The notes under the pieces are model-generated. The model was not told the origin of the DNA. It did no database searches and was given only the letters and a program-made list of their open reading frames with translations. From Nitrospirota bacterium (GTDB lineage: Bacteria; Nitrospirota; JACRHJ01), in NCBI GenBank assembly GCA_963845245.1, contig CAWJRJ010000021.1, forward strand, positions 32,001 to 96,000: a stretch of DNA of 64,000 nucleotides, given 5' to 3'. Below, one piece after another: positions 22,101 to 32,926 of this stretch. The translations under genes and the position numbers were made by a program. Numbering within the stretch: the first letter of the stretch is position 1; each line of letters starts with the position of its first letter.

Positions 22101-22558
22101 TCAGGGCCGGCAGGCTGCTTATCAAGTCCGGCAAGCCAGCCGATGCGCTGGAACATTTCGATGCGGTTGTACAGGACAGGGATTACGCATCGGAGGCCCT
22201 GGTCGGAAAAGGCAGGGTGCTTATAATGGAAAATAAATTCGACGACGCGCTTTTGTCGCTGCGTAAAGCGCCCGACTATCCCGCGGATACGGCAGTCAGG
22301 GCCGAAGGATACAGCCTTGCGGGCGACGCCTGTTACAGCAAGGGAGATTTCAAGGGTGCCATAGTCGAGTATGTAAAAGCCACCCTGCTTGGTGATAGCG
22401 ATTTCAAAGGCCAGGCGCTTTTTGGCACCGCATCGTCTTATGCCGCTCTGGGCGAAAAGGACAAGGCCCTGGCTGCGTACAGGAAATACCTGGACGCTTA
22501 CCCTGATGGCAGCAAGTCATCGGAAGCAAAGGCCGCCATAAAAAAGCTTGAGGGTTAG
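19139..22558 (+). CDS. Secreted very long TPR-repeat protein (CpoB/BamD-like repeats)
   Basis: Signal peptide and more than 25 TPR repeats with a recurrent 'YP.S....A' pattern. Confidence 0.85.
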   Translation: MNKRVVILLVFAATLLFLPCKSRAETPDEILKVAVQLYQNADYDLAADQFSKFLDMFPTDGRVPDALYGLGESDFAKGSVKEALAAFEKLAAGYPGSDKLSDAKLRVGDCQYLLRDYVKAVEAYQSFLAAYPDKDTRADALFMMGHSYVKLGNFEKAAAAFSEVENKYPASPKAVEAAFMAGESYAQLGDFTKARAAYQSVVSKEPGGKYGQKAAFRIADTAFLGGKYEEAKAGLDGFLQKYPDSEDAPLARMELGDAWLKTRGFENALIHYDTFINKYPTSDLLPEVEFRVAETLYQKQEYAKASEKYLGLLSKYPDADGRDRYMYGLGWSSFKLGDMKSSAEQFSRLVETYPESTYVVGSLLKLGEIYTRDKKYTEAADAFKKVLEKTKDSGEQKTARYGLAWAYYQAHMFKEAQVPLEEFLAASPTESEALDAKYLLSRCRLYLGDFLPAISGFTEIADKYKESPLAQDALMGLGESYERHDELYKAISAYRRLLKDYPDSPKKAEALFNIGRNYLEHENYAQALEGFDGLLTQVKESEFHERAYFGIAEAYYGSKDYAKARDNYLEYIKRYPQGSLREQALYGLAWSQMSLKEYKDSYDNFGKLAADFKDSQLVPEAVLEMGEALYSQEKYEDAAKAYTDVINRFKGTEPARKAVYVLAWANLKLGRLEDASGGFKAFSEGSPKDPLAAEADYQRALILVQKNDLDGGAVLLRAVIEKHGSEDVGTRAKLQLSKVLTAKGDSAGAQALIDDLKKGQSSLAQDADFQGGLVKFNGGDFSGSKKAFQEFMTAYPKSSYNNRATYFLALSQLNLKDYGPGSENLAKVAEGPDQELRPDAVYWLADSLYNQGRFADALNNYDMFISQYPDNKLMPEAEYGRAWALDKLGRTDEAKTAFKALTIKYPDGPHAADAWYKVGEYAFKGKAYEEVVTAFDKYLSLKKTGALVADARYQMAVAQEELGRSEDAVLSYKAVETAGGPLKGPSAIRAGRLLIKSGKPADALEHFDAVVQDRDYASEALVGKGRVLIMENKFDDALLSLRKAPDYPADTAVRAEGYSLAGDACYSKGDFKGAIVEYVKATLLGDSDFKGQALFGTASSYAALGEKDKALAAYRKYLDAYPDGSKSSEAKAAIKKLEG

Positions 22559-22589
22559 CTGGAAGTGATGGGTTTTAAAAGGAGGCAGT

Positions 22590-23558
22590 ATGAAAAGGGC
22601 CATTTTTGTTATACTCATCGTTGTCTGCGCCCTGCCGGCATATGCGGGCGAGGTACCGTCCACAGACGCTTGGAAGGCATACGTTGAGTCGGCCAAGGAC
22701 CCGGATCCGTCTGTAAGGCAGGAATCCGCAAAGAAGATGGGTGAGACCGGGGACAAAGGGTTGGTGGTGGTCCTGTCTGGCATGGCTATGGGCGACACCG
22801 ACGAAGGCGTAAGGGTTGCATCCATCGGTGCGCTCTCAGCTATTGGGGAAAGGTCTTCCCTGTCCGTGTACGAGAAGGCCATGTCGGACCAGAGCGAAAA
22901 GGTGCGCAGAAGCGCTGCCGAGGCCCTCTCCGGACGTTGGGAGGAAAGCTCTCAAAAAATCCTTATACAGGCTCTCAAATACGACAAGTCATCCAAGGTG
23001 AGACAGGGCGCTGCCGAGTCGCTCGCCAGTCCCGGTGTCATGGGAAGGCTTAAGGCGCACCACTGGGACGCTGCCGACGAATCAGAGGCCGCGCTTATAC
23101 AGGCGATGAAACAGGACGAAAGCTTCGAGGTGCGCGCGACCGCCGCAGGGGCCCTTGGGAAGTTCAAGAGCGGGAAGTCTTTTGAGCCGCTTATGGATGC
23201 ATTGGAAGACAAGAACGCATCGGTCAGGGCGGCTGCCGCGGAGTCCATCGGGATGTTTGACAAGCCGCAGGCGGTTGACCGGCTGCTCGATGTCCTTTTC
23301 TTCGAAAAGGATGACTCGGTCGTAGTCAGCGCGCTGAAGTCTCTTAAATACACCCAGGACCCCAGGCTTACCAAGCCGGTCATCCAGTCGCTCAAGTCAG
23401 GCAGCGCCAAGGTAAGGTGGCAGGCCATAGATGTCCTTGAGTCCCTGAAACCGGAGGAAAGCGTCGAGCCATTGAGGAAGATAGCGGAGGACAGGTATGA
23501 ACCCGATGGCCTAAAGGCCAAGGCGCACGAGGCGCTTCAACTCATGGGGGCTGAATAA
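22590..23558 (+). CDS. Secreted HEAT-repeat (PBS-lyase-like) protein
   Basis: Signal peptide and repeated D....VR..AA.AL. Confidence 0.85.
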   Translation: MKRAIFVILIVVCALPAYAGEVPSTDAWKAYVESAKDPDPSVRQESAKKMGETGDKGLVVVLSGMAMGDTDEGVRVASIGALSAIGERSSLSVYEKAMSDQSEKVRRSAAEALSGRWEESSQKILIQALKYDKSSKVRQGAAESLASPGVMGRLKAHHWDAADESEAALIQAMKQDESFEVRATAAGALGKFKSGKSFEPLMDALEDKNASVRAAAAESIGMFDKPQAVDRLLDVLFFEKDDSVVVSALKSLKYTQDPRLTKPVIQSLKSGSAKVRWQAIDVLESLKPEESVEPLRKIAEDRYEPDGLKAKAHEALQLMGAE

Positions 23559-23567
23559 GAGGTGGAA

Positions 23568-24708
23568 ATGTCTGGATACGAACGGCTCGGAAAAGCTCTG
23601 GAAAATATATTCACGATAAACCTTGGCGTGGCGCAGGGCGAGAGGGTGCTGGTGTTCACTGATACGATACCAGACGGCTTGGTAATTGACGATGTACAAC
23701 GCTCAAGGCGGGAAGGTCTCGTAAGGATAGCGAGGGCTGCCTCCGATGCGGGCCGCCGCCTCGGGATAGACGTGGTATATACGGATTTTCCGGCGCTAGG
23801 CAGCCACGGGATGGAACCGGATGCAGGGCTTTGGAGGTTGGCGTTCGGCGACAGCGCAACATCCGAGCTTGAGAAAACAGGTATTCTTGCCCGCTTGAGG
23901 GAGAAAAAAACCTTTCCAGATGATGTTAAGCGCGCCCGAGATATTGTGGAGAGGTACAAGGATGAGGCGGTAGACGCGGTAATTGCTCTTTCGAACCACT
24001 CGACAAGCCATACTCGGTTCCGTGACCTTCTTACGTCGGTTGCGGGCACCAGGTATGCCAGCATGCCCTTGTTCGAGGAGGACATGCTATGGGGGGCTAT
24101 GTCGGCCGACTGGGACGCCGTCGAGAAAAGGAGCCGGGCTGTCTTATCGGTGGTGGACGGCGCCGCAAGGGCCAGGATTACGACACCGGACGGTAGCGAC
24201 ATATCATTCAGTCATAGAGGGCAGAACGCCGATGCTGGATACAGGCATGCTTAAGGAGCCTGGTTCATTCAGCAACCTCCCGGCCGGCGAGGTTTATCTT
24301 GCTCCGGTGGAAGGCACAGCCGAAGGGGTGCTTGTCCTTAACTGGGCCCCGAACAGAAAGCTTGCCTCGCCGATTAGGGTCAAGGTTGAGAGAGGGCGCG
24401 CGCAGGAGGTTTCCGGCGACGAGCCGTTTGTTGCCGAATTTATTGGGAACCTGGACAGGTTCCCGGACAACAGGAACGTTGCCGAACTTGGGATTGGTAC
24501 GAACGACAGGGCGTCGAGACCCGACAACGTCCTTGAATCCGAAAAGATACTCGGCACTATACATATCGCCTTCGGGGACAATAGCTCTATGGGAGGGACA
24601 GTCAGCACGCCGTTCCATCAGGACTTCGTGTTTTTTAGCCCTACCCTGACTGTCGAAAAAAATGGTTTGGTGCAGTCTGTCATATTGGACGGCAGGCTTA
24701 CGGTATAA
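23568..24708 (+). CDS. Leucyl aminopeptidase-like (M29-type) metallopeptidase, frameshift near 24215
   Basis: NLPAGEVYLAP, AELGIGTN, ESEKILGTIHIAFGDN and HQD motifs across two frames. Confidence 0.8.
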
Positions 24709-24709
24709 G

Positions 24710-27411
24710 ATGCCACAAAATAAAGAAGACGGGTTGAGCGGTAAACATTCAAGGCCGGCCTATATTGCGGTCATTGTGTTGTTTCTGGTCTTCGCGCTGT
24801 CGATAACTGCGCTGTTCTCCAACTACTTCAATACTAAAAAAGAACTAGAAGAAGATTTTACGCAGGAAAAAATTGTTCATGTCCGTTATACCGCCAGGGA
24901 GGTCGAAGATTTCCTGACCCACGAGCAGGTAGCCCTTTCTAATATTGCCGGATTTCTGTCGCTGTCCGGGAGTCTTGACAAGGGCAGGACGGTATTGGAA
25001 CAGTTTCTCAAATCACATAATAGACAGCCCAAGTTTTTTTCCTTCTTAGTGCTCGACCCGAACGGCAGGTTCCTCTATTCGGTGCCGGAGTCCCTGGATG
25101 ACAGGCACATGCAGGATTTATCCCAGGAGCGGTTTTTCTCGGATGTGGCCAAGCAGGGCGGAGATTCCTATTCCAGTATTGGTGCAGCCAAGGCTGGCGA
25201 GACCAGCATAATCTACTCAGTCCCTGTGAGGAGAGGCGGAAAATTACTGGGAGTGCTTGTGGGGAAGGTCAACGTGAAAGCGCTTGAGCAGATGTATATA
25301 GGCAAACTGGCCACCATCTTCTGGAGGCACTGCCCTCCTGTTCGACGACAAGGGAGGTGTCCTTGCACAGCAGGGGCCTGAGCCTGGTAAGGGTATTGAT
25401 GTATCAGGCTTGTTCAAGAATATCCCGCAAGGAAATGAAGGTTTTGTCCTGATGGAGTCACCATCCACCGGAAAACCCCTGCTGAAAGCCTACTCGCCGT
25501 TGGATTTTGGAGACGCCAAATTTACGGTAGGCCTGGTGCTGCCTGCTGACCAACTTTTCGACGATGCGAGGTCAGACCTTGAGACCACCCTACTTATCAT
25601 ATCCCTGATGACCCTTGTCTTTTCATGGGCGCTCATTTCTGTTGCCAGGTCGAGCAGGTACAAGGCTGGTATGGAGGAACGGACAAGGCTGTCGAATTAT
25701 CTGATGCTTAGAAACAGAGAATTGACGGCTCTGAACGAGCTTTCAAGGGAGATCGGCGGAGTAGGCGAACTTGGAGCCATGCTGTCGAAGGCACTGGACA
25801 TCATAGTGGAACACGTGGAAGCCAGGGGTGGCGCGATACGGTTGCTATCTGATAACGGGAACTGCCTTGAGCTGAAGGCCCAAATGGGCATGCCAGCAGG
25901 TTTTGCGGACAGGGCCCTTTGCCTTGACGTCGCTCAGTGTCTTTGCGGACAGACCTTGTCTGGGGGCAAGCCTGCAAGTATGGAAGGCCCGGTACCGGCA
26001 CAGGCACAGGGGGCTTGTATGGAAGGCTGGGAAGGCGATGTCACGCTTGTGCCCTTGACCGCTGGGAGTAGGCAGATTGGCATATTGTACCTATGGGGCC
26101 ACGGTGAGTGGGAGAGCCCGGAAGAGCTGGAAAACTTCCTGCTGGCTTACGGCAACCAGTTGTCATCCAACATAGAGAACATGCTACAGATTGAAGACAC
26201 CAAAAGGTATGCTGCGAGAGCCGGCGCGCTTTTCCAGACCGCGCAGGCGCTTGACAAGGAGCCTTGACCTGGATGACCTTCTTGAGATAATAATGAAAGA
26301 GGCCGCTGCCCTTCTTAAAGTAAAAAGGTCCCTTCTCATGTTGTACAGCGAGGAGGAAAACCTGATAGACTGCCGGGTGGCGCTCGGTTTCCCGGACTCG
26401 CCCGCAGGTAGCCTCTCGTTCAACCCTTCCGGAGTATTCTGGGAGGCCATGGAGGACGGCGGGGTCAAGGTGGTTGACCTGCGCCATGCAAAGGTGGAGA
26501 TGCCCCGCAGGTTTTTTGAGCGGATCGGATTCCAGGCGTTTATACTCGTACCGCTCATGTCGAAGGGTAAGGTGCTGGGGTTCATAGTCCTTGAGCCGGA
26601 GGAGATAGGCGGGATATCGGCAGAGGACCTTAAGATGGTGGTCGGGTTTGCAAACCAGGCGGCGGTGGCAATCGAGACGTCTTCATTTTACATACGTACG
26701 GTGGAGAGGTACAACTGAGGACCTGCAACAGCTTTCAAGCAGGATAATATCGGCTCAGGAGGAGGAGAGGAAGAGGATATCAAGGGACTTGCATGACGAA
26801 CTCGGGCAGGTGCTGACTGCAACGAAAATAAACCTGGACATGATACATGCCGGGATCCCGCCTCGACTCGAACAGCTCAAGACAAGGATAGGCGATGCGA
26901 TCGGCCTTGTGGTTTCGGCGCTTGACAGCGTCAGGAGGCTGTCTTTCGACCTAAGGCCTTCAATGCTTGACGACCTTGGCCTCCTGACGGTGGTTGGAAA
27001 ACTGGTTTCTGATTTCAAAAAGCGTTCCGGGATAGACGTGGAATTTAATGCGGAAGAATCTGGAGGACAGGCTTGACGCGCAGGTCGAGGTTACGCTTTA
27101 CAGGGTTATTCAGGAGGCCCTCACAAATATTCTGAAACATCGCAGACGCCGCAAAGGCCGTTATCAGCCTGAAACGGAACCTGGAGAAAGGTACTGTCTC
27201 CCTTTCCATAGAGGACGACGGCGTAGGTTTTGCAGCCCATGCCGAGCAGCAGGACAGAGATAACAGGGGGTTCGGCCTTATGGGCATAAGGGAGCGGGTT
27301 TCGCTGTTGGGCGGAAATTTCAGGATTTTTTCGGATGAAGGAAAAGGCACAAAACTTTTAATTGATATCCCTTGTTTGAAAGGAGAAAGCAATTCATGGA
27401 AGACACTCTGA
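24710..27411 (+). CDS. Membrane sensor histidine kinase (Cache, two GAF, HisKA_3, HATPase), split by several indels
   Basis: TM-Cache-TM, GAF domains, QEEERKRISRDLHDELGQ, LRPSMLDDLGL, YRVIQEALTNILKH, DDGVGF and GFGLMGIRER across successive frames. Confidence 0.8.
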
Positions 27412-28065
27412 AGATACTGCTCGTGGATGACCATACGATCGTGAGGCAGGGGTTGAAGGCGCTCCTCGAGGCACAGGCGGGCTTTACCATTGTAGGGGAG
27501 GCCGAAAACGGCAGGGAGGCGGTCAAGAAGGCCCAGGAGCTTAACCCCTGACATCGTTATAATGGATATAGCAATGCCCGTACTTAACGGGCTGGAAGCT
27601 ACCAGGCAGATAAAGAGGGCGCTTCCGGACACCAAGGTGCTGGCGCTCACTATGTACAACGACGAGGAGTACGTCTTCCAGATACTCAAATCCGGAGCTT
27701 CCGGCTACCTCATAAAGGAGACGGCGGCGAACGAACTTATCGCCGCCATACTGTCCCTCCAAAAAGGGAACCCGTTCTTCTCCCCATCCATATCCAGGAA
27801 GATAATGGAAAGCTACCTGAACGAGGACGAAGACAAAAAAGGCAAGGGTGAATCCGATAAACTAACGAACAGGGAGAAGGAGGTCCTCCAGCTTATCGCC
27901 GAAGGATACACAAACAACGAGATCGCCAACCTTATGAACATCAGCGTCAAAACCGTTGAGACGCACAGGGCGCATGTGATGAGCAAACTCGATATACATG
28001 ATGTAGCAGGGCTCATTAAATATGCAATTAAGAAAGGTTTGGTGGTTTTGGACTCGGGTCCTTAA
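27396..28065 (+). CDS. NarL/LuxR-family response regulator (extra base near 27548)
   Basis: LLVDDHTIVRQG...MDIAMP receiver domain and LTNREKEVLQLIAEG..N.EIA HTH. Confidence 0.9.
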
Positions 28066-28330
28066 GGAGCTGAGTTCTCGCAGGTTTTTCGCGCCTTGCG
28101 CGGTTCTGCTCATTCAGGACGTGCTGCTATTGAGCGAAAAGAAGCTTCTCCGGTGTATATCTCCCGTCATCGGGTTGGCCGGAGACAGCTTCTTCCCCCA
28201 TCAAAAGTTTTTTGCCGAATTTTAATTTTCATCCTCCTCTCGTATTTTCCGTAGAAATCCAAGTATTTTGGAGTCCATCGTAAAAATCCGCCTGCGTAAA
28301 AGTGCCTCCGTAGTGAAAATAAAATTAAAA

Positions 28331-28346
28331 AGGTACGGTTGTTGCA
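28331..28346 (+). promoter_or_regulatory. Possible sigma-54 promoter of the multiheme cytochrome cluster
   Basis: AGGTAC-ggttg-TTGCA keeps the GG-N10-GC spacing and lies in an AT-rich intergenic region 155 bp before the ATG. Confidence 0.5.
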
Positions 28347-28501
28347 CTTATAAATGGTTGAATAATAAGGGAAATTCCTTAGATGAGACTCAGGTCTTTA
28401 TTTTAGAGATATACATTGATGGCCCTATATAACAACAAGAACATTAATCAGGTATTTTAGTTTTTTAAAGAATAAACACTTAGAGAAAAGGCGGTGTAAA
28501 C

Positions 28502-30607
28502 ATGAAAAGGACGTTATTTACGGTGATGGTAGCCCTGGCAATACTGACAGGCGCCTATAGCATCGCTGGCGCGGCGGATGGTCCCCATACGGACTACCGG
28601 CCTGATGCAAGCGACACCTCAAACTCCGGACGCTACTACGGGGGCTGCAATGGGGCGGCCTGCCATATTACAACTTCAGTGACATTCCTGCCCACTGTCC
28701 TTGACACGACGGCCCCTAACGAAAAGGACTATACCAACTTCTGTCTTGCCTGCCACAACGCGGCGGGTGAGGCACACAACAAGTCGGCTGGCACCCCATC
28801 TAACAACGTATATAAAGGTAGCACTACCATCCTTGGCAATAGCGGCGTTTCGCACAGCTGGAACGGCAATATCCACAACGCCGGCACCACCACCCCGACC
28901 TCTCCGGGTTTCGTAGCGGTCGTCGACGGTACCGACTATATGCCTGGTACGAACAAGAGGGTGACCTGCCAGACCTGCCACAACGCCATGACCAAGAATA
29001 CCACCAACAACACTACCCAGAATATAGAGAACTGGGTCACTGCCACCAGTTCTAACGGCACCAGCTACACCATCTTGGGTTATCCCAACACCTCCCAGTA
29101 CCTTGGAAAATATATAAAGGTCTACCGCTCCAACGGTGGCACGCCGATAAGCCAGCCGTATAATACCCGCGATAGGTACAAATACCTTGTAGACCCGTCG
29201 CAGTACACCTATAACCCCCTTAATGGCACGATAACCTTCAATACCTCACAGACAGGTAACAGCATATACGTTGAGATACCGCAGCCTTACCTGAGGGTGG
29301 ATAACACGGCAAACGCAATATGCCTCGACTGCCACAGAGACCGCACCTCAAGCAGCGTCTCGCACGCCCCCGGCACCGGCACCAAAAACGGCCACCCCGT
29401 CTCGGTTAATTACGGTTACAACTTCGGCTTGCACAGCACTCTCAAACCTTCTGCGACCGGCAACGCCTATACAGAGGGTGGCAAGGTATACTGCACCTCT
29501 TGCCATGACCCGCATAACGCGGCTTCAAAGAACGGCCAGATAATGCGTGAGGCGGACGACCAGACTCTCTGCGGCGATTGTCACAAGACCAAGTTGGGCG
29601 GTTACTCTACGGCTGGTTCAGTCAACATCCATAACGGCTCCAAGCACCTCAATGGTCCGACCGTCTGCCTTGACTGCCACAGCACCCATAACGACAACAA
29701 CATAATGCTTATAAAGAGCGTGATAAACGGCAAGACAATAAACTTCCAGAACTTCTCCGGTGCGAACAGCTTCGGCAACGACAGCGGTTCAAGCATATGC
29801 GAGGCCTGTCACTCGACCACAAGCCACCACCTGGCGAGCAACGACCCCAGCGGCCAGGGCCACAACACAGGAAAGAACTGCATAATCTGCCACAAGCATG
29901 AGACGGGTTTCCAGGCCACTGGATGCACCACTTGCCACGGACAGCCGCCAGCGGCTGGCAGCGTTCCTTCAGGCTGGGCCGGCGACGGAGAAAAGCATAC
30001 CGCTCATATGGGTTATATACTCACCAAGTTCGGCCTGAGCGGAACCAACGCCTGCGCCTGCTGCCACGGCAGCACCATACCGAGGGCCGACCACAACAAC
30101 CCGGCGAATTGCACTGCAGGCATAGACACCACATCGCCGATATACTGGAACGGCGGCACGTTCTCGAATCCCGGGCTATGTAAGAACCCAACCTCGGATA
30201 CCTGTACAAACGTCGCCTGCCACAGCGCAACAGGCACCAGAAATTGGTTCGGCGCGAGCGGGTGCGACAGCTGCCACCCGTACCCTGGCTCGGCCACTAA
30301 CGTCTGGCCTTCTACCAACGGCCACAGCATCCAGGTTGACGCGCCCAAGTTAGGGCATATGGCGGCGAGCGGATACAACGCGGCCACCGATACATATGCC
30401 GCGATGGTGGCGGACCCGACCAGGTGCGGCAAGTGCCACCCGAACGTGCCCTCGAACCATCAGAACGGCACGATAAACCTCAGCCCGAACGGGTACGCGG
30501 CCTGCGGCGGCGGCAACTTCACGATAAACCAGACAGTGACCCGTACGACAGTTACCTGCGATAACGTCTTGTGCCACACCGGCAAGACTACACCGAATTG
30601 GTGGTAA
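28502..30607 (+). CDS. Secreted multiheme cytochrome c (MHC-1; 12 CxxCH + 3 CxxxxCH)
   Basis: Signal peptide; hand-counted heme motifs; C-terminus CDNVLCHTGKTTPNWW. Confidence 0.9.
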   Translation: MKRTLFTVMVALAILTGAYSIAGAADGPHTDYRPDASDTSNSGRYYGGCNGAACHITTSVTFLPTVLDTTAPNEKDYTNFCLACHNAAGEAHNKSAGTPSNNVYKGSTTILGNSGVSHSWNGNIHNAGTTTPTSPGFVAVVDGTDYMPGTNKRVTCQTCHNAMTKNTTNNTTQNIENWVTATSSNGTSYTILGYPNTSQYLGKYIKVYRSNGGTPISQPYNTRDRYKYLVDPSQYTYNPLNGTITFNTSQTGNSIYVEIPQPYLRVDNTANAICLDCHRDRTSSSVSHAPGTGTKNGHPVSVNYGYNFGLHSTLKPSATGNAYTEGGKVYCTSCHDPHNAASKNGQIMREADDQTLCGDCHKTKLGGYSTAGSVNIHNGSKHLNGPTVCLDCHSTHNDNNIMLIKSVINGKTINFQNFSGANSFGNDSGSSICEACHSTTSHHLASNDPSGQGHNTGKNCIICHKHETGFQATGCTTCHGQPPAAGSVPSGWAGDGEKHTAHMGYILTKFGLSGTNACACCHGSTIPRADHNNPANCTAGIDTTSPIYWNGGTFSNPGLCKNPTSDTCTNVACHSATGTRNWFGASGCDSCHPYPGSATNVWPSTNGHSIQVDAPKLGHMAASGYNAATDTYAAMVADPTRCGKCHPNVPSNHQNGTINLSPNGYAACGGGNFTINQTVTRTTVTCDNVLCHTGKTTPNWW

Positions 30608-30741
30608 TAGTTAATAACAATCAAAGAAATGGAGGAATGAGGTAAAGAAAGAGTTTTAAGGTTTATATGGGTTTGGATTCTTAATGGAAAGACTAATCTG
30701 TTGAATTCGGTACGTTGATTACTCAACAAGGGAGAAAGAAA

Positions 30742-32812
30742 ATGACTAAATTGAAACTGATGCTAGCGACGGCCATGGTAGTCGGCCTCTCGCTCGCCTT
30801 CGCAGGGTCCGCCCTTGCGGCGACTATATCATGCGGCCAGTGCCATGGCGCCTACATCAACGACAACCACGGCGGAAAGACATTGATGCCGGGCGTGTCT
30901 GCGACTGAGGACACCAAGACACCGCAGGCCGGCGACATATGCAACAACAATGGCCGCGGCCTGCACGGCATCCATATGAACTACTCCTCGGTAAGCTACG
31001 GCAAGACCGGCGCTACGAGGGGCAACTGCAACTACTGCCACAACAAGCATGTACATGAGAACGGCTTCGTGGAAATGTCCGGATACAGCCCGGCTTCCGC
31101 TATTGGCCAGGTAGGCAACTTTACCATAACCAACGGCGGCACCGGCTATGTCGGCGGCGATCCGGGCGGCGACTATGTCACCGTAGTCGGCGGCAACGGC
31201 GACGCACAGGCGTTGGTTACTACGGTTAGCGCCGGTGGCGTTATAACTGGTCTTTCCATGGGCGCGCATGGCCACAGCAAGGGCAGTGGCTATACTACTG
31301 GTTCTGCCAACATCTCGGGCGGGTCCGGCACGGGCGCTGTCATAAGCATAACCTCGATCACCAACAACGGTTACCGTCAGTCGGTTACTTCAGCCGGCCT
31401 GGTAGTCTCCGGCCCCGGTATGACCGCAAACGGCCTTGACATCACGCAGATGACCGGTAATGCAAACTGCGCCACCGCCTGCCACAAGGGCACCAGCGCA
31501 ACCAACACCGCGCCGTGGGGCAACTTCACGACGCCGAGCATCCACCTGACCTGCAACAGCTGCCACGGTGACGCCTCCAACTACGGGCCCACCGCATCGA
31601 ACACCGGCCTCGGCAACGGCTTCTCCGGCACCGGCGGCCACAAGGTGCACCTGTACTCTGTCGGCGGAAGCCACGGCAACCAGCTGCTCGGCGGCACCAA
31701 GATCGTGCTTGGCAGCTTCTCCACCGTCATCGACATGAACGGCAACAGCGACAAGGTCTGCGCGGCCTGCCACCCGGACAACACGAACGACCTTTGGAGC
31801 CAGGGCAGGGCGGACGACGGCAGCAAGAAGGCCTACCCGCACGCGACAGACGGTACCAACGTCCAGGCTAAGAATGCGAACTTCGCTGCCCCTGCCGGCA
31901 TAGTCGTTCACGAACGCGTCGGGCCTTACTCGACACCACTGGCAAACTGTCATGCACCAACTCCTGCCATTTCAACAAGTCGTCAGTGCAGAGCGCCGAC
32001 CCGACATGGACGGCCAGCAGCGGATGCGAGCTTTGCCACAACCATACTCCGACCGAGGCCGCGAACAACAGCGCGTTAGCCATGGGCGGCAGGCCGCTCT
32101 CATACGCGCACAGCCTGCACTTCAACGCGATATCGTCGATGCATATCGGTTCTGGCACGGTATCCAGGACCGACCTTACGCCGACCGGACTTCCGTCCTG
32201 CAACGACTGCCACACGGACGCGCATACAGTCAACGCCGTTGGTGGCCCGCAGCTCTATCAGCTGCCGGTAAAGGATGGCGCCGCCGGCTTCTTGACATAC
32301 GGTGGGCTACTCCGCAGCCGGTACCATATCGGTCAACGGTACCTGCACGAACACCAAGTGCCACATCAGCGCATCGCCGGCATGGAACTCCATAGCGACT
32401 GGCGTCGTAGTCGGCACGACCGGCTGCGCGACTCTGCCACAGCTATCCGGGTGTTGCGGGCAGAGACTGGACCGGCACCAACGGCCATTCGATCAGGGCA
32501 AACAACGTTCCAGGATGCCACGACTCCTGCTATCAGGAAGTCCATAAGCTCACCTGAACGTGGCCACGGCGTATAACAAGCTGACTGACTACATACGCAA
32601 GCGTGACCGCTGATGTACGCAAGTGCGGAAAGTGCCACGCAGGCGCGACCCACATGAACGGTACTGTCAACGTAGCCGATTCCAACAGCCTCGGCCAGTG
32701 CAACAGCACCAGCTTCACGTACAACAACATTTCGTCGAACCCGACGAACAGGATAGTGAACTGCAGCAACGTAAGCTGCCACTTCGGCAGGACCACGCCG
32801 AACTGGTTCTAA
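30742..32812 (+). CDS. Secreted multiheme cytochrome c (MHC-2, about 12 motifs), many frameshifts in 31900-32600
   Basis: Signal peptide; CGQCH, CNYCH, CATACH, CNSCH, CAACH, CELCH, CNDCH, CTNTKCH, CGKCH and CSNVSCH spread over frames; colinear with MHC-3. Confidence 0.8.
30823..32150 (+). repeat. ~1.3 kb near-identical direct repeat, copy 1 (copy 2 at about 33526-34855)
   Basis: Long nucleotide-identical stretches shared by the MHC-2 and MHC-3 coding regions. Confidence 0.9.
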
Positions 32813-32822
32813 ATCTAATATG

Positions 32823-32861
32823 CAGCGTTTGGGCCCCCCTGACGGGGGCCCAAAACGGCTG
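32823..32861 (+). terminator. GC-rich hairpin after MHC-2 (no clear T tract)
   Basis: cagcgtttgggccccc-ctgac-gggggcccaaaacggctg. Confidence 0.55.
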
Positions 32862-32910
32862 TGTTACTCACAGGGTGCGCAAGACCTTGCGCATCCTTTA
32901 AGAAACACAG
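32859..32910 (+). repeat. 52-nt conserved intergenic hairpin, copy 1
   Basis: ctgtgttactcacagggtgcgcaagaccttgcgcatcctttaagaaacacag; homologous copies at 33344 and 35528. Confidence 0.85.
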
Positions 32911-32926
32911 AGGTAAGGAGAACGAA

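Noticed and set aside
30707..30724. Internal sigma-54 promoter before MHC-2 (CGGTACGTTGATTAC)
   Set aside because: The -12 position reads AC instead of the required GC.
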